From a virus: a DNA stretch of 64,000 bases. Positions 31,091-39,443 of this stretch are shown here, one piece after another (position 1 is the first letter of the stretch; every line of letters begins with the position of its first letter). The notes beneath the pieces were generated by a model. It was not told the DNA's origin, did no database searches, and saw only the letters and a program-made list of their open reading frames with translations. The stretch spans positions 1 to 64,000 of the IMG/VR virus record IMGVR_UViG_3300036785_000488. One strand, given 5' to 3'. The position numbers were made by a program, and so were the translations under genes.

Positions 31091-31238
31091 TGAACCGAGT
31101 GTACGAAGCCCTCAGTGCTCAACCGAGGACACGCGTGAAAAAAATTTCTCGGAGCTACCTACGCCGTCTGATCATGAGCGTGCTCACCACAATCCAGACC
31201 GCCAGGCCCAGAGCAAGGATGACGATCAGGAGATGCGC

Positions 31239-31781
31239 TTACTTGACCGGCGAGACGTACTCGGGTGGGCTGAACGGCGGCAGGTTGCCCGTCAGGAACG
31301 CCACCAGCTTCTCCTTCAACTCGTCGGTCCACTCACCGTCACCACCGTCGCCGCCCAGCGGCGGCAACACGATGGGGTGCGCCGGAACGACCGGGATGTA
31401 GATCGGGTGCTCAGGGCTGAGTCCTGAGTCGGGCGGCGGCGGCACCGGGATGTAGATCGGCGGCGTCGGGAAAGGCTCGTTGGCCCCGCCCCAGGTGCCC
31501 AGTGGCGGCAAGCCACCAGGTGCAATCGGGTGCGACGGCCCCGGCTGTGGTCCCGGCCCACCGATGTCGACGTACTCAGGAGGCTGACCACCCCAGGTAC
31601 CCAGCGGCGGCAGCGTCGGGAAGTAGATGGGCGGTGTCGGGAACGGCTCGTTTCCACCACCCCAGATACCTGGAGGGAAGACATCAGGCGGCGGGTCTAC
31701 CGGCAGATAGATCGGGGGCATGGGGTGGGCGTCAGCGGGGGCGGGGACGTACGCCTCAACGACTACGAACTGCTTGGGCAT
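31239..31781 (-). CDS. Proline-rich repeat protein
   Basis: GxWGG x3, NEPFPTPPIY x2, P(S/E/A)HPI x3; RBS GAAAGGA. Confidence 0.8.
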   Translation of the reverse strand: MPKQFVVVEAYVPAPADAHPMPPIYLPVDPPPDVFPPGIWGGGNEPFPTPPIYFPTLPPLGTWGGQPPEYVDIGGPGPQPGPSHPIAPGGLPPLGTWGGANEPFPTPPIYIPVPPPPDSGLSPEHPIYIPVVPAHPIVLPPLGGDGGDGEWTDELKEKLVAFLTGNLPPFSPPEYVSPVK

Positions 31782-31840
31782 GGGCTGGTCCTTTCGTTCA
31801 GGCTCAGTCTTACAGGCGTGGCTTAACGCAGCGTGACCAC

Positions 31841-33313
31841 TCAGTCCATGGTCCGACGAACCGCATCCTCGGCACGGTTGGGGTCCACTTTTCGGAGGCC
31901 CTCGGCCCGCTCGGCCCCGAAGAGCCGCGCCAGCACGCCCGCCTGGGTGCGTCCCTCGACGGTCACCTTCAAGAAGTCTCGGTTGTCCTGGATCTCCTTG
32001 ACGCTCTGCGTCATCCGCATGAATCGGTCCAATTCGGACGACAGGTTGGCGTCGGGGTAGCCGCCCTGGAGCTGCTCGGAGAAGAAGCCGAAGGCGACCC
32101 GCTGGCCCTGCATCTCCAAGAGGCTGTGCAGAATCGACATCAGTTGATCACGATTCCGTATCTGAATCGGGATCGAGTACTTGCACGACGAGCCAAGTTC
32201 AAAGAGAGGACACACTGCGGCGAGCGAGCACGAGTCGCATTGACGCAGCCCAGCTCCATTCATGACGGCGACGTCGTTGGTGACCTCGACAGTGCCCGTC
32301 CCGTTCGGATTCTCCATGACGGTGGTGTGCGGGCGGAAATCGAACACCGGCAGAGGCCGGATGACGTCGGGCAGGTGCGACCCGTTTGAAGCGGGTTCAG
32401 GAGCTAAGTGATCAACTGCCTGTTCGGGCAGAGGCGCAGTTTCCGGGGGAGTCGGATGTCCATTTGCAGTTGATCCATTACGTCGTTTGAGCAGCTTGGC
32501 GCGTTGCGGCCCCTCCATGGACTGCTCCATTTGCCGCCAGGCCCATACCGTGTAGCGGGCGACCTCGTCGGAGTCGTCGTTGACAATTTTGTCAGCGTCG
32601 AACCCGGCGGCAGTGAAGTGGCTGCGGTGCCGACGGCGGATCTTCTCCTTGTCGTCAGCCGGATACCGGCGCAGCCGGTTCTCATCCCAGATCATGGTTT
32701 CTCCAAAGCGCGTAGGAGAAATCCACGAGGACGAGACGAGCGTCGAGTACAGCCCTCCTGGGGCGTCGTAAGGGTGCGAGAACGACAGCCCATGCAGGTT
32801 GATCTTGGTCCGACGCACGAGGGACGAGAGCACGTTCTGGGTCCGGTCCTCAACCGGCGGGACGCCGAGATTGGGGTGCTTCTCGACCATGGTTCGGAGA
32901 AGAGGCGCGCCCCAGTCCTCGTGCCATACCGGGACGAACTTGTCGTCGGCCACACCCGCCCAGACCTCACGCTGGCGCAGCACCCAGTCCAGACCCAGGC
33001 TCCCGGCGTCGTATTCGGTGAAGAAGGCGATCCTCTCCAGGTTGTCCTGGACGAAGCCCAGGTAGGCCGAGAGGAACTCCTCGTGCTCGGTCTGGCTCCA
33101 GTTCTTGCGCTCGGTCGCAGAGCTGCCCGACATGACGAAGATCTTCTGCTCATCGGGGAAGACGTCAGCTAGTAACCAAGGTTGTTTAGTGATTCGTGGC
33201 TGGAGGTGGAGGTAGTTGACGGCGACGTGCGGCACGCCCTCGGCGGCGAGGAGCTTGCGCCAAGCCGGGGTCTCGGCCCCGGCGAAGTACAACTCAAGAT
33301 GACGCAGGCTCAT
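31841..33313 (-). CDS. Degenerate TGT/DpdA-like TIM-barrel protein with C-terminal Cys cluster
   Basis: IFVMSGS, TEYD, FVPVWH, LHGL, VSSSW; CDSC...CPLF...C. Confidence 0.6.
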   Translation of the reverse strand: MSLRHLELYFAGAETPAWRKLLAAEGVPHVAVNYLHLQPRITKQPWLLADVFPDEQKIFVMSGSSATERKNWSQTEHEEFLSAYLGFVQDNLERIAFFTEYDAGSLGLDWVLRQREVWAGVADDKFVPVWHEDWGAPLLRTMVEKHPNLGVPPVEDRTQNVLSSLVRRTKINLHGLSFSHPYDAPGGLYSTLVSSSWISPTRFGETMIWDENRLRRYPADDKEKIRRRHRSHFTAAGFDADKIVNDDSDEVARYTVWAWRQMEQSMEGPQRAKLLKRRNGSTANGHPTPPETAPLPEQAVDHLAPEPASNGSHLPDVIRPLPVFDFRPHTTVMENPNGTGTVEVTNDVAVMNGAGLRQCDSCSLAAVCPLFELGSSCKYSIPIQIRNRDQLMSILHSLLEMQGQRVAFGFFSEQLQGGYPDANLSSELDRFMRMTQSVKEIQDNRDFLKVTVEGRTQAGVLARLFGAERAEGLRKVDPNRAEDAVRRTMD

Positions 33314-33519
33314 GGCTTCTTCAGACTCTCAGACGCCTGGATGAACGCCTTGGACAGGTAGCGACGGGCGGTCTCCTTGGCTGAGACCCGCATCTCCTCA
33401 CGGGCTGCCCGCACCGCTTCTCGGAGGTCCTTTGCCACCTGGTGGGCCTCCCTGGTGGCCTGCTCTAAGGCAAGCCGCTCTGTGGTGATCGCCATCACTT
33501 CTTCTGGGTCAGGACTCAT
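33310..33519 (-). CDS. Small coiled-coil protein
   Basis: Coupled to its neighbours. Confidence 0.55.
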   Translation of the reverse strand: MSPDPEEVMAITTERLALEQATREAHQVAKDLREAVRAAREEMRVSAKETARRYLSKAFIQASESLKKP

Positions 33520-33970
33520 GGAGCGGATCCCGGTGTACGTCGGCCTTCACTGAAGGACCGTAATAGCCAAATTCATTGAGGTCATCCCCGGCAAAGCGGA
33601 CGTGGTGAGCGGGCACCTGGGCCTTGAGCGTGGGCAGATCCTGCTTCGGATCGTCGGGATGCTTGGCGTGCTCGGCGGCGTACCGGGCACTGAGCGTCAC
33701 CCAGTCCCCGTGGTTAATGTGACCGACGCCCCTGGGGGCGGCTCGGTAGATGGTGGCGGTGTGGTCGGGGTTGCCGCGGGCGGCACGGATCTGGCGGATC
33801 GACTCCTGGGGGTGTGCTGTCCCGGTGAAGTGGTGGGGCTTCTCGTAGACATCGAGGCCATGCATGAAGTTGCCGGGTTCGGTCAGGTCGTGCAGTGGCG
33901 GGCCATCAGAGGTCGGGATGTGCCCGCCCTGGTAGTCCTCAAACTGCTCCCCTAGAGCTTCTCGGCTCAT
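33509..33970 (-). CDS. QF-tag protein 1: ADP-ribosyltransferase-like fold
   Basis: MSREALGEQF; TIYRAAP...GDWVTLSARYAAEH...DLNEFGY. Confidence 0.7.
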   Translation of the reverse strand: MSREALGEQFEDYQGGHIPTSDGPPLHDLTEPGNFMHGLDVYEKPHHFTGTAHPQESIRQIRAARGNPDHTATIYRAAPRGVGHINHGDWVTLSARYAAEHAKHPDDPKQDLPTLKAQVPAHHVRFAGDDLNEFGYYGPSVKADVHRDPLHES

Positions 33971-34311
33971 TCGTAATCCTCAGACCGAGGGCGTCTTCCT
34001 TCAGCCACAAGCGAGAGGCGCGAAGACTTCACAGGATCATGTGTCTTATAGCTCTTCCATCCCTGCTTTTCTGTCTGTGCCAATGCCAGATCCCCCTCCA
34101 CCGTTTCAAAACCAGGATCACGATGAAGTTTCAGTCCTTGCGTGTGGACTTTCCAAACATCTACACCCGTATGGCTTTTGAGCGGCTCCGTCGACATAAA
34201 GACAGCATCCCCCACTCCTTTGCGAAGACCCTGACGTTGAATGCTCTCTCGATTCGTCGGATAAGAGATGTGGTACATGAACTGCTGTGGACTGAGTGCT
34301 TCGTGACTCAT
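33967..34311 (-). CDS. QF-tag protein 2: H-type ART/KptA-like fold
   Basis: MSHEALSPQQF; YHIS..NRESIQRQGL...VFMS...VWKV. Confidence 0.7.
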   Translation of the reverse strand: MSHEALSPQQFMYHISYPTNRESIQRQGLRKGVGDAVFMSTEPLKSHTGVDVWKVHTQGLKLHRDPGFETVEGDLALAQTEKQGWKSYKTHDPVKSSRLSLVAEGRRPRSEDYE

Positions 34312-34688
34312 GCCGGTTCCCAGTCCCCTGCTGTGGCATCGATCCGCAGCCGTTTGGGCAACCGCTCACCCAATGAACGCGCCCAGGCTTCACCCTCCCC
34401 CGTCCGGTCGGACGAATGCCGAGGAGGGCGCACACCACGGGTCTCGGCGGCGATCCCCTGGGCATGACGGTACACAGCGGTGGCGATGCCCTGGCGTCGC
34501 ACCTCTGGGGAGGTCGCGATGTTGCCGATCTCCCCGGTCTTGTGATGCCACATGATCATGCCCACGTTCGTCGCACCGCCGCCACCGTACGCCCGCACCT
34601 CATGATGAGAGCTACCCCCCATCTCCCTGGGCGTGGCCTTCTTGAAGACGTAGTGAAACTGCTCCGGGTTCAGAGCACGGTGGCTCAC
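34308..34688 (-). CDS. QF-tag protein 3: GNAT acetyltransferase
   Basis: MSHRALNPEQF; IATSPEVRRQGIATAVY (acetyl-CoA motif A). Confidence 0.85.
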   Translation of the reverse strand: MSHRALNPEQFHYVFKKATPREMGGSSHHEVRAYGGGGATNVGMIMWHHKTGEIGNIATSPEVRRQGIATAVYRHAQGIAAETRGVRPPRHSSDRTGEGEAWARSLGERLPKRLRIDATAGDWEPA

Positions 34689-34888
34689 ACCGGCTGGCGC
34701 GGTCCCCGTGCCCTGCCGTCAACGAGGTAGAAGGCCCCGATGGCGATGTCGACCAGGAAGCTCAGGAACGCCGCCATGAACCATGTGTACCACCAAGTGC
34801 TCCAAAGCTGGCCGGTGGCCGACGCACTGGCGATGATGCCCAGGACGACGAGCACGATGGCTCCTACAATGAAAAGTCGGAAATACAT
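34685..34888 (-). CDS. Small two-helix membrane protein (no tag)
   Basis: Highly hydrophobic 67 aa; RBS GAAAGGAG. Confidence 0.7.
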   Translation of the reverse strand: MYFRLFIVGAIVLVVLGIIASASATGQLWSTWWYTWFMAAFLSFLVDIAIGAFYLVDGRARGPRQPV

Positions 34889-34900
34889 CCCGGCTCCTTT

Positions 34901-35449
34901 CTATTTCTGCAATCGATGTACGACCGTGCGGTGGTGGCCCTCGGCCAGCCAGCGGGTGCCGCCGTGTTCATAGTGCTCGGGCAGATACGGGATGCCTTCT
35001 GGGTGTTCCTCTACGGGCTGGGCGTAGAGGCTGCCACCGGCAGAGCGTTCCTCTCTCACCCGTCGAGCAGCCGGATGCCCGAAGTCTTCAAAATGCTCGG
35101 GCGGTCCCTCCTCGGCGTAACGGCGCAGCGTCGGCGTGTGCAGGTGGCGCTGCGAGGTCATCACCCGCCCACGGGGATAGCTGAAGTCACTCTCCTGCTG
35201 CTCCTGGTAGCCCTCGGTGGCGATGTGTGGGGCGTCAACACCTCGTTTGGTTTGATGAATATCGGCCCGGTGCATGACGTGCTTGGCGACGCGTCCGGTG
35301 ATCACCTTGGGCACCTCTGATCCTCCGAGGGAGGGATGCAGCCCCATCTCATGCGCCACCGGACCCAGGTGCTCCTTGCCCTCATCGATCTCTGAAATGT
35401 CCTTCATGATGAGGTGGAACTGCTCGGCGTTCAGTGCTCGATGACTCAT
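34901..35449 (-). CDS. QF-tag protein 4: ParB/Srx-like
   Basis: MSHRALNAEQF; TSQRHL...WLAEGHHR. Confidence 0.65.
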   Translation of the reverse strand: MSHRALNAEQFHLIMKDISEIDEGKEHLGPVAHEMGLHPSLGGSEVPKVITGRVAKHVMHRADIHQTKRGVDAPHIATEGYQEQQESDFSYPRGRVMTSQRHLHTPTLRRYAEEGPPEHFEDFGHPAARRVREERSAGGSLYAQPVEEHPEGIPYLPEHYEHGGTRWLAEGHHRTVVHRLQK

Positions 35450-36072
35450 CGCAGATGCGGGTACTCCTTCCGCACATGCTCGGGGATCTGCTCCCCGCGC
35501 TGGTGAGCTTCGGTGACGTAGTCCTCATGCGTCTTGAAACCAGACCGGTGAGGGACGATGGCCGAGATGTGTTCTCGTTCGTCCTCGGGCTTGTATGCCC
35601 CCTCGGCGGCGTTGACGTAGAAGATGCCCCGGCGCATTTTCTGGCCTTTGGCCTTCAACCCTGCCTGCACCGCATTGGCCCGGACATCGGACATCGGCTC
35701 CGTGGAGCTACGGCGAGGCCAATCGGCCATCTCCCCGCGAGGGATTCCTTCTCGGATATTCCAGTCTGTCCCTGGTCCGCGAGAGGGATGAATGCGGGGA
35801 GTGTTCGTCATGGGGGCGGTGATGTGACCGCCGTAGAGTTCGGCAGTCGGGGAGTCTTTGATGCGTTGCTCTCGCGTCTCAGCCACATTGTGACCAGCGA
35901 TGCGCGCCGAAAGAGCATCAACGGCTGCCTCACGGGTCCCCACATGGAAGGGCTGATCCTGGTGGCCGATGATCCCCGTCGGTGTGCCGTGGAACCATGT
36001 ACCGGGCTGCGACTCAAACTCCTGGCGAGTCATCTCATGGAACTGCTGAGGGCTAAGAGCGCGATGACTCAC
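35446..36072 (-). CDS. QF-tag protein 5: ART-like
   Basis: MSHRALSPQQF; WFHGT...FHVGTREAA...YVNAAEG...SAIV. Confidence 0.65.
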   Translation of the reverse strand: MSHRALSPQQFHEMTRQEFESQPGTWFHGTPTGIIGHQDQPFHVGTREAAVDALSARIAGHNVAETREQRIKDSPTAELYGGHITAPMTNTPRIHPSRGPGTDWNIREGIPRGEMADWPRRSSTEPMSDVRANAVQAGLKAKGQKMRRGIFYVNAAEGAYKPEDEREHISAIVPHRSGFKTHEDYVTEAHQRGEQIPEHVRKEYPHLR

Positions 36073-36227
36073 TTGTACCGCTCCGGGTCAAAGAGGGTTT
36101 GCTGCTCCTCGATGGGATGAAGAGGCCCAGCCTTTCTCAGCCATGGGGCTTCTTCGTAGAGATGGTGCTCCTCACAGTAAGGACAATGCTGCCCGAACTG
36201 CTCTGAACTAAGAGCGCGATGACTCAC
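36069..36227 (-). CDS. QF-tag protein 6: 52-aa microprotein (not in ORF track)
   Basis: MSHRALSSEQFGQHCPYCEEHH...EQQTLFDPERYK; its first 20 nt are identical to the start of 35446-36072. Confidence 0.75.
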   Translation of the reverse strand: MSHRALSSEQFGQHCPYCEEHHLYEEAPWLRKAGPLHPIEEQQTLFDPERYK

Positions 36228-36495
36228 GGTGCTTCTTCACGTTGTGACGCTGCATGCGCTGCTCTTGATGACGGCGTGCCTCGGCCTTGATCGGCCTCAG
36301 AGCACGGTTCCCTTCTTCCTTGGAGTAGGCCAACGGAGGGTTATCGGGGTTGAACAGACGGCCCTGTCGGAGGCCCTCGTTCTCCTTCTCCGGTTCAACC
36401 ACCTGAGGGTTGGTTTCACGCATACGTTGCTCAAGCGACGACCCCGGTACCGGCGTGGTGGCGAACTGCTTGGAGAGGACCCAGTGCTGTGTCAC
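36208..36495 (-). CDS. QF-tag protein 7: basic small protein
   Basis: MTQHWVLSKQF; contains QGRLF. Confidence 0.6.
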   Translation of the reverse strand: MTQHWVLSKQFATTPVPGSSLEQRMRETNPQVVEPEKENEGLRQGRLFNPDNPPLAYSKEEGNRALRPIKAEARRHQEQRMQRHNVKKHRESSRS

Positions 36496-36502
36496 TGCGC
36501 CT

Positions 36503-36712
36503 TCACGCCTCTTCTTCTTCCTCACCAGGTTCAGTACCTGAGGGCTGCCGGTGCTCGGCGGTGTAGTCGTGAGAGAAAGCGGGCCGATACACGTTCGACG
36601 TCAGGTTCTGAATGCCACGCACGCGCGCTGCCAGCCCGTCCATGTTCCCCTGACCGATGATGTTCTGCTCGGTGTAGAACTGCTTGTTCGACAATGCTTC
36701 ACTGGCGCTCAT
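36503..36712 (-). CDS. QF-tag protein 8: small protein
   Basis: MSASEALSNKQF; ATGA overlap. Confidence 0.65.
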   Translation of the reverse strand: MSASEALSNKQFYTEQNIIGQGNMDGLAARVRGIQNLTSNVYRPAFSHDYTAEHRQPSGTEPGEEEEEA

Positions 36713-37230
36713 GATGTGTCTGGCTCCATTTCGTTGAGGCGCGGATCTGAGATCTTCAGCTCGCGCTGACGTGTCATCTCCGCATCGATGTCTTCCCAGG
36801 GCTTCGGCAAGCGTTTGCGGTCGGGCCGATATTCCGCCCAGCGATACGTCGGGTTGACGAAAAAAAGACAAGGGAATCCGTTGGCACTGACAGCAAGGAC
36901 AGCCTCGGGATCCGAAGAGACCACCAGGTTCAGATCGTGTCCTGCAGCTCGGAGCTGACCGGCATGTGCCACCAGGAGAGCCGGGTCCGAGTAGTCAGTC
37001 CGCTGAGTGTCCCGATGCAAGAGATCCTCGTAGAAGCCCGGACGGCCCATGCCGTTGATGCGGCACCAGAACTCGACCGAATGCTCGTCCTTCTCGGTGG
37101 TGGAGAAGACGATCTGGTACCCGGAGCGCAGGGCCTTGGCGAGCCTGACGCCCTCGACCACCGGCTGAAAGCCGTGGACAGTGCTGTGTTCGCCCAGGAC
37201 CCCCTCAACGGTGATCAGGGCGGTGCTCAT
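36709..37230 (-). CDS. HAD-fold-like protein, probably degenerate
   Basis: LITVEGVL in place of DxDGVL; VVSSDP. Confidence 0.55.
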   Translation of the reverse strand: MSTALITVEGVLGEHSTVHGFQPVVEGVRLAKALRSGYQIVFSTTEKDEHSVEFWCRINGMGRPGFYEDLLHRDTQRTDYSDPALLVAHAGQLRAAGHDLNLVVSSDPEAVLAVSANGFPCLFFVNPTYRWAEYRPDRKRLPKPWEDIDAEMTRQRELKISDPRLNEMEPDTS

Positions 37231-37486
37231 CAGCTTGAGTACTGGGAAGCCCTGGCTCCCCGGTTCTGCATGTTGTCGGGACCGTAGGGGGCGGGCTGCG
37301 TCGGCTCGTTCTCTCTCAGCTCCCATGCCTCCCTCAGGAGGGACGGCCACTGGCCGGGATCCCGACCGGCCAGGGTGCCGTCGAAAAATGACGACCAGTT
37401 GGTGGCCTTCGGCGTGCGGCCAGCCGCCTTGGTCGTCACGCGCAGCGCCGGAGCTGCGCTAGGGACCGCCGGAGGTCCTGAGCGCC

Positions 37487-37759
37487 TCACTTCACCCTCT
37501 TGACCGTCATGTGGGTGTCCCCGCGCTCGATGGCCCCGGCCACCCGGTGATGGCCGTCACCGACGTAGTACCGGCCCTGGTACGGGTGCACTAGGGGATC
37601 GGTGGAGATGTCACCGGGATCCTGGCGGGCGATATCGGCCACCTTGTCCTGGTTGACGTAATTCTGCGTGGCGACCACTTTGTCCAGGCGCACTTTTATG
37701 CGGGGCATGCGGGGGTTGGGTTTTTCTGCGAACTGCTTGGTCGACAGCGGCACTGACAC
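37487..37759 (-). CDS. QF-tag protein 9: minimal ParB/Srx domain
   Basis: MSVPLSTKQF; ATQ...PLV...YYVGDGHHRVAGA. Confidence 0.8.
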   Translation of the reverse strand: MSVPLSTKQFAEKPNPRMPRIKVRLDKVVATQNYVNQDKVADIARQDPGDISTDPLVHPYQGRYYVGDGHHRVAGAIERGDTHMTVKRVK

Positions 37760-37814
37760 GCCACGAGCTTAGGTGGCTCGGGTTGGCGCACCTGGGCCAC
37801 TTATGCTGGTCCCG

Positions 37815-38485
37815 ATGACGACGACTACACCTCAGAAGGGCTTCTGCTTCCAGTGCGGGACCGAGGTCGACGGCGACATCTTGGAGCACACCTCGACGCA
37901 CTCACCGGCTGCAGAGAAGCCCAAGACGGCGATCAAGACACGACAGCAGCGTCTTGACGACGTCGTCGGGGCGATCAAGAGGGTGAGCGAGGAAACTGAC
38001 GTAACCGTCCAGACCGAGATCCTGGACCGCGAGGTCATCATGGAGCTGTACATCGTCCGGGCGAGCCTCACCCAGAGCAGGCGGCGCGCCGCCGAAACGG
38101 AGGAATAGAAATGGGAGTTTCCGACTGGAGGGCCTGGACCACGCAGAACGGCGGCACCCTGCCCACCGCCCCGAACCCACCTGGTACGCCCTGGATCCCG
38201 AACTCACCGTTCCCTGGAGTGGGGCCGATTCCCGACCTCATCAGCGGCTCGACCTCGATCCCGACGTACCCGAACACCCCGACGACCGTGAATGCCGTCG
38301 ACCCGTTCTACGTGGGCACGTACGCGACCGGCGGTGGCTGGGTGAACGTCATGGAGCGGTACATCGTCCCCTCCCCCGGCACCGCCGGGACCCAGACCGT
38401 TGCCTGCTGGCCTGCCGGGTCTCCTGGAGCGAGCGTGCCCGCAGGGCCGATCATGAGGCCGGTCGTAGCGGGGATCACCTCCTAG
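37815..38485 (+). CDS. Two small genes (37815-38108 Zn-finger; 38111-38485 Pro/Thr-rich)
   Basis: TATGCT lies 7 nt before the first ATG; CFQC...H..H. Confidence 0.6.
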
Positions 38486-38491
38486 CTCCAC

Positions 38492-39007
38492 ATGGCCCGA
38501 AATTACGCCGAGGAGTACCGCGCTCGGTCGGAACGCGCACAAGGACGGGGCTTCACCGGCTACACCCACCAGGAGCGTGAGCGTCGGCGGCTCCAGGCCA
38601 TCGAGCAACACCCGCTGGGACACGCGCTGCGTCCAGGCTTCAGACGCCCCGGCGACATCCCAGTCGATCATGGTCTCCAGGGGCCGTTCAGTCCCAGCCC
38701 GGACACCGACCCCACGACAAACATTCCGGACTGGGACTATTACTGGCCTACCAGAACGATCAACCCACCGCGACCCAGAACTCTCCAGGCGCGCTACTCA
38801 GCTCGGGCGCAACGGATCGAAGTCATCTTCCGTGCCGGATCACCGGCCAGTCCCGATGCCACCTGGCACTACAACGACATCCCTCCGCAGATCTGGACGG
38901 CGTTCAAGCGCAATGAGTCACCAGGGCGGTTCATTAACGCAGTACTGAACGGTTGGGACGGGACCAACGGAGGTCCGGGGGGATGGGGAACCCTTGTCGG
39001 GCAGTAG
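38492..39007 (+). CDS. KTSC-domain protein
   Basis: ARYS...IEVIF...WHYNDIPPQIWTAFKRNESPGRFIN. Confidence 0.75.
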   Translation: MARNYAEEYRARSERAQGRGFTGYTHQERERRRLQAIEQHPLGHALRPGFRRPGDIPVDHGLQGPFSPSPDTDPTTNIPDWDYYWPTRTINPPRPRTLQARYSARAQRIEVIFRAGSPASPDATWHYNDIPPQIWTAFKRNESPGRFINAVLNGWDGTNGGPGGWGTLVGQ

Positions 39008-39088
39008 AGCAAAAAGGCGAGAATCTCGTCGGGCGCATTGACGCTCTCATTGCCGACATCGATCAGTCCCTGAAAGAAAACACCCTCA

Positions 39089-39430
39089 ATGTTCCTCGGA
39101 AGCGACTACGAAGACCCGGAGGAGAACGAGTGGGTACTACCCGAAGTTCCAAGCCCCGACTCGGTTCCTGACAACACCACTTGCCACGGGCCTCTGTATT
39201 TTTGGCGAGGCGAAGCCAACCCGAGGCAGACCCTATTCTCGGTGGCGATCACCCGAGAGATCACAGCTCCCTGGCGGCGAGGACTGGGGCTGACCCTGCG
39301 TAAGGGAGCAACTGCCAAGGCAGTCGGGCTGTGGTTCCGGGGCCGACCTCCTCGGATTCTGGGTGAAGCCCCAGTTGAGAAGGACTGGAAAAAGGTCGTA
39401 AAACGCTCTGGAGAGCTAAGCGAGCTGTAG
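39089..39430 (+). CDS. Hypothetical protein
   Basis: ORF within the operon. Confidence 0.55.
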   Translation: MFLGSDYEDPEENEWVLPEVPSPDSVPDNTTCHGPLYFWRGEANPRQTLFSVAITREITAPWRRGLGLTLRKGATAKAVGLWFRGRPPRILGEAPVEKDWKKVVKRSGELSEL

Positions 39431-39443
39431 TATTTTTCCTGGG

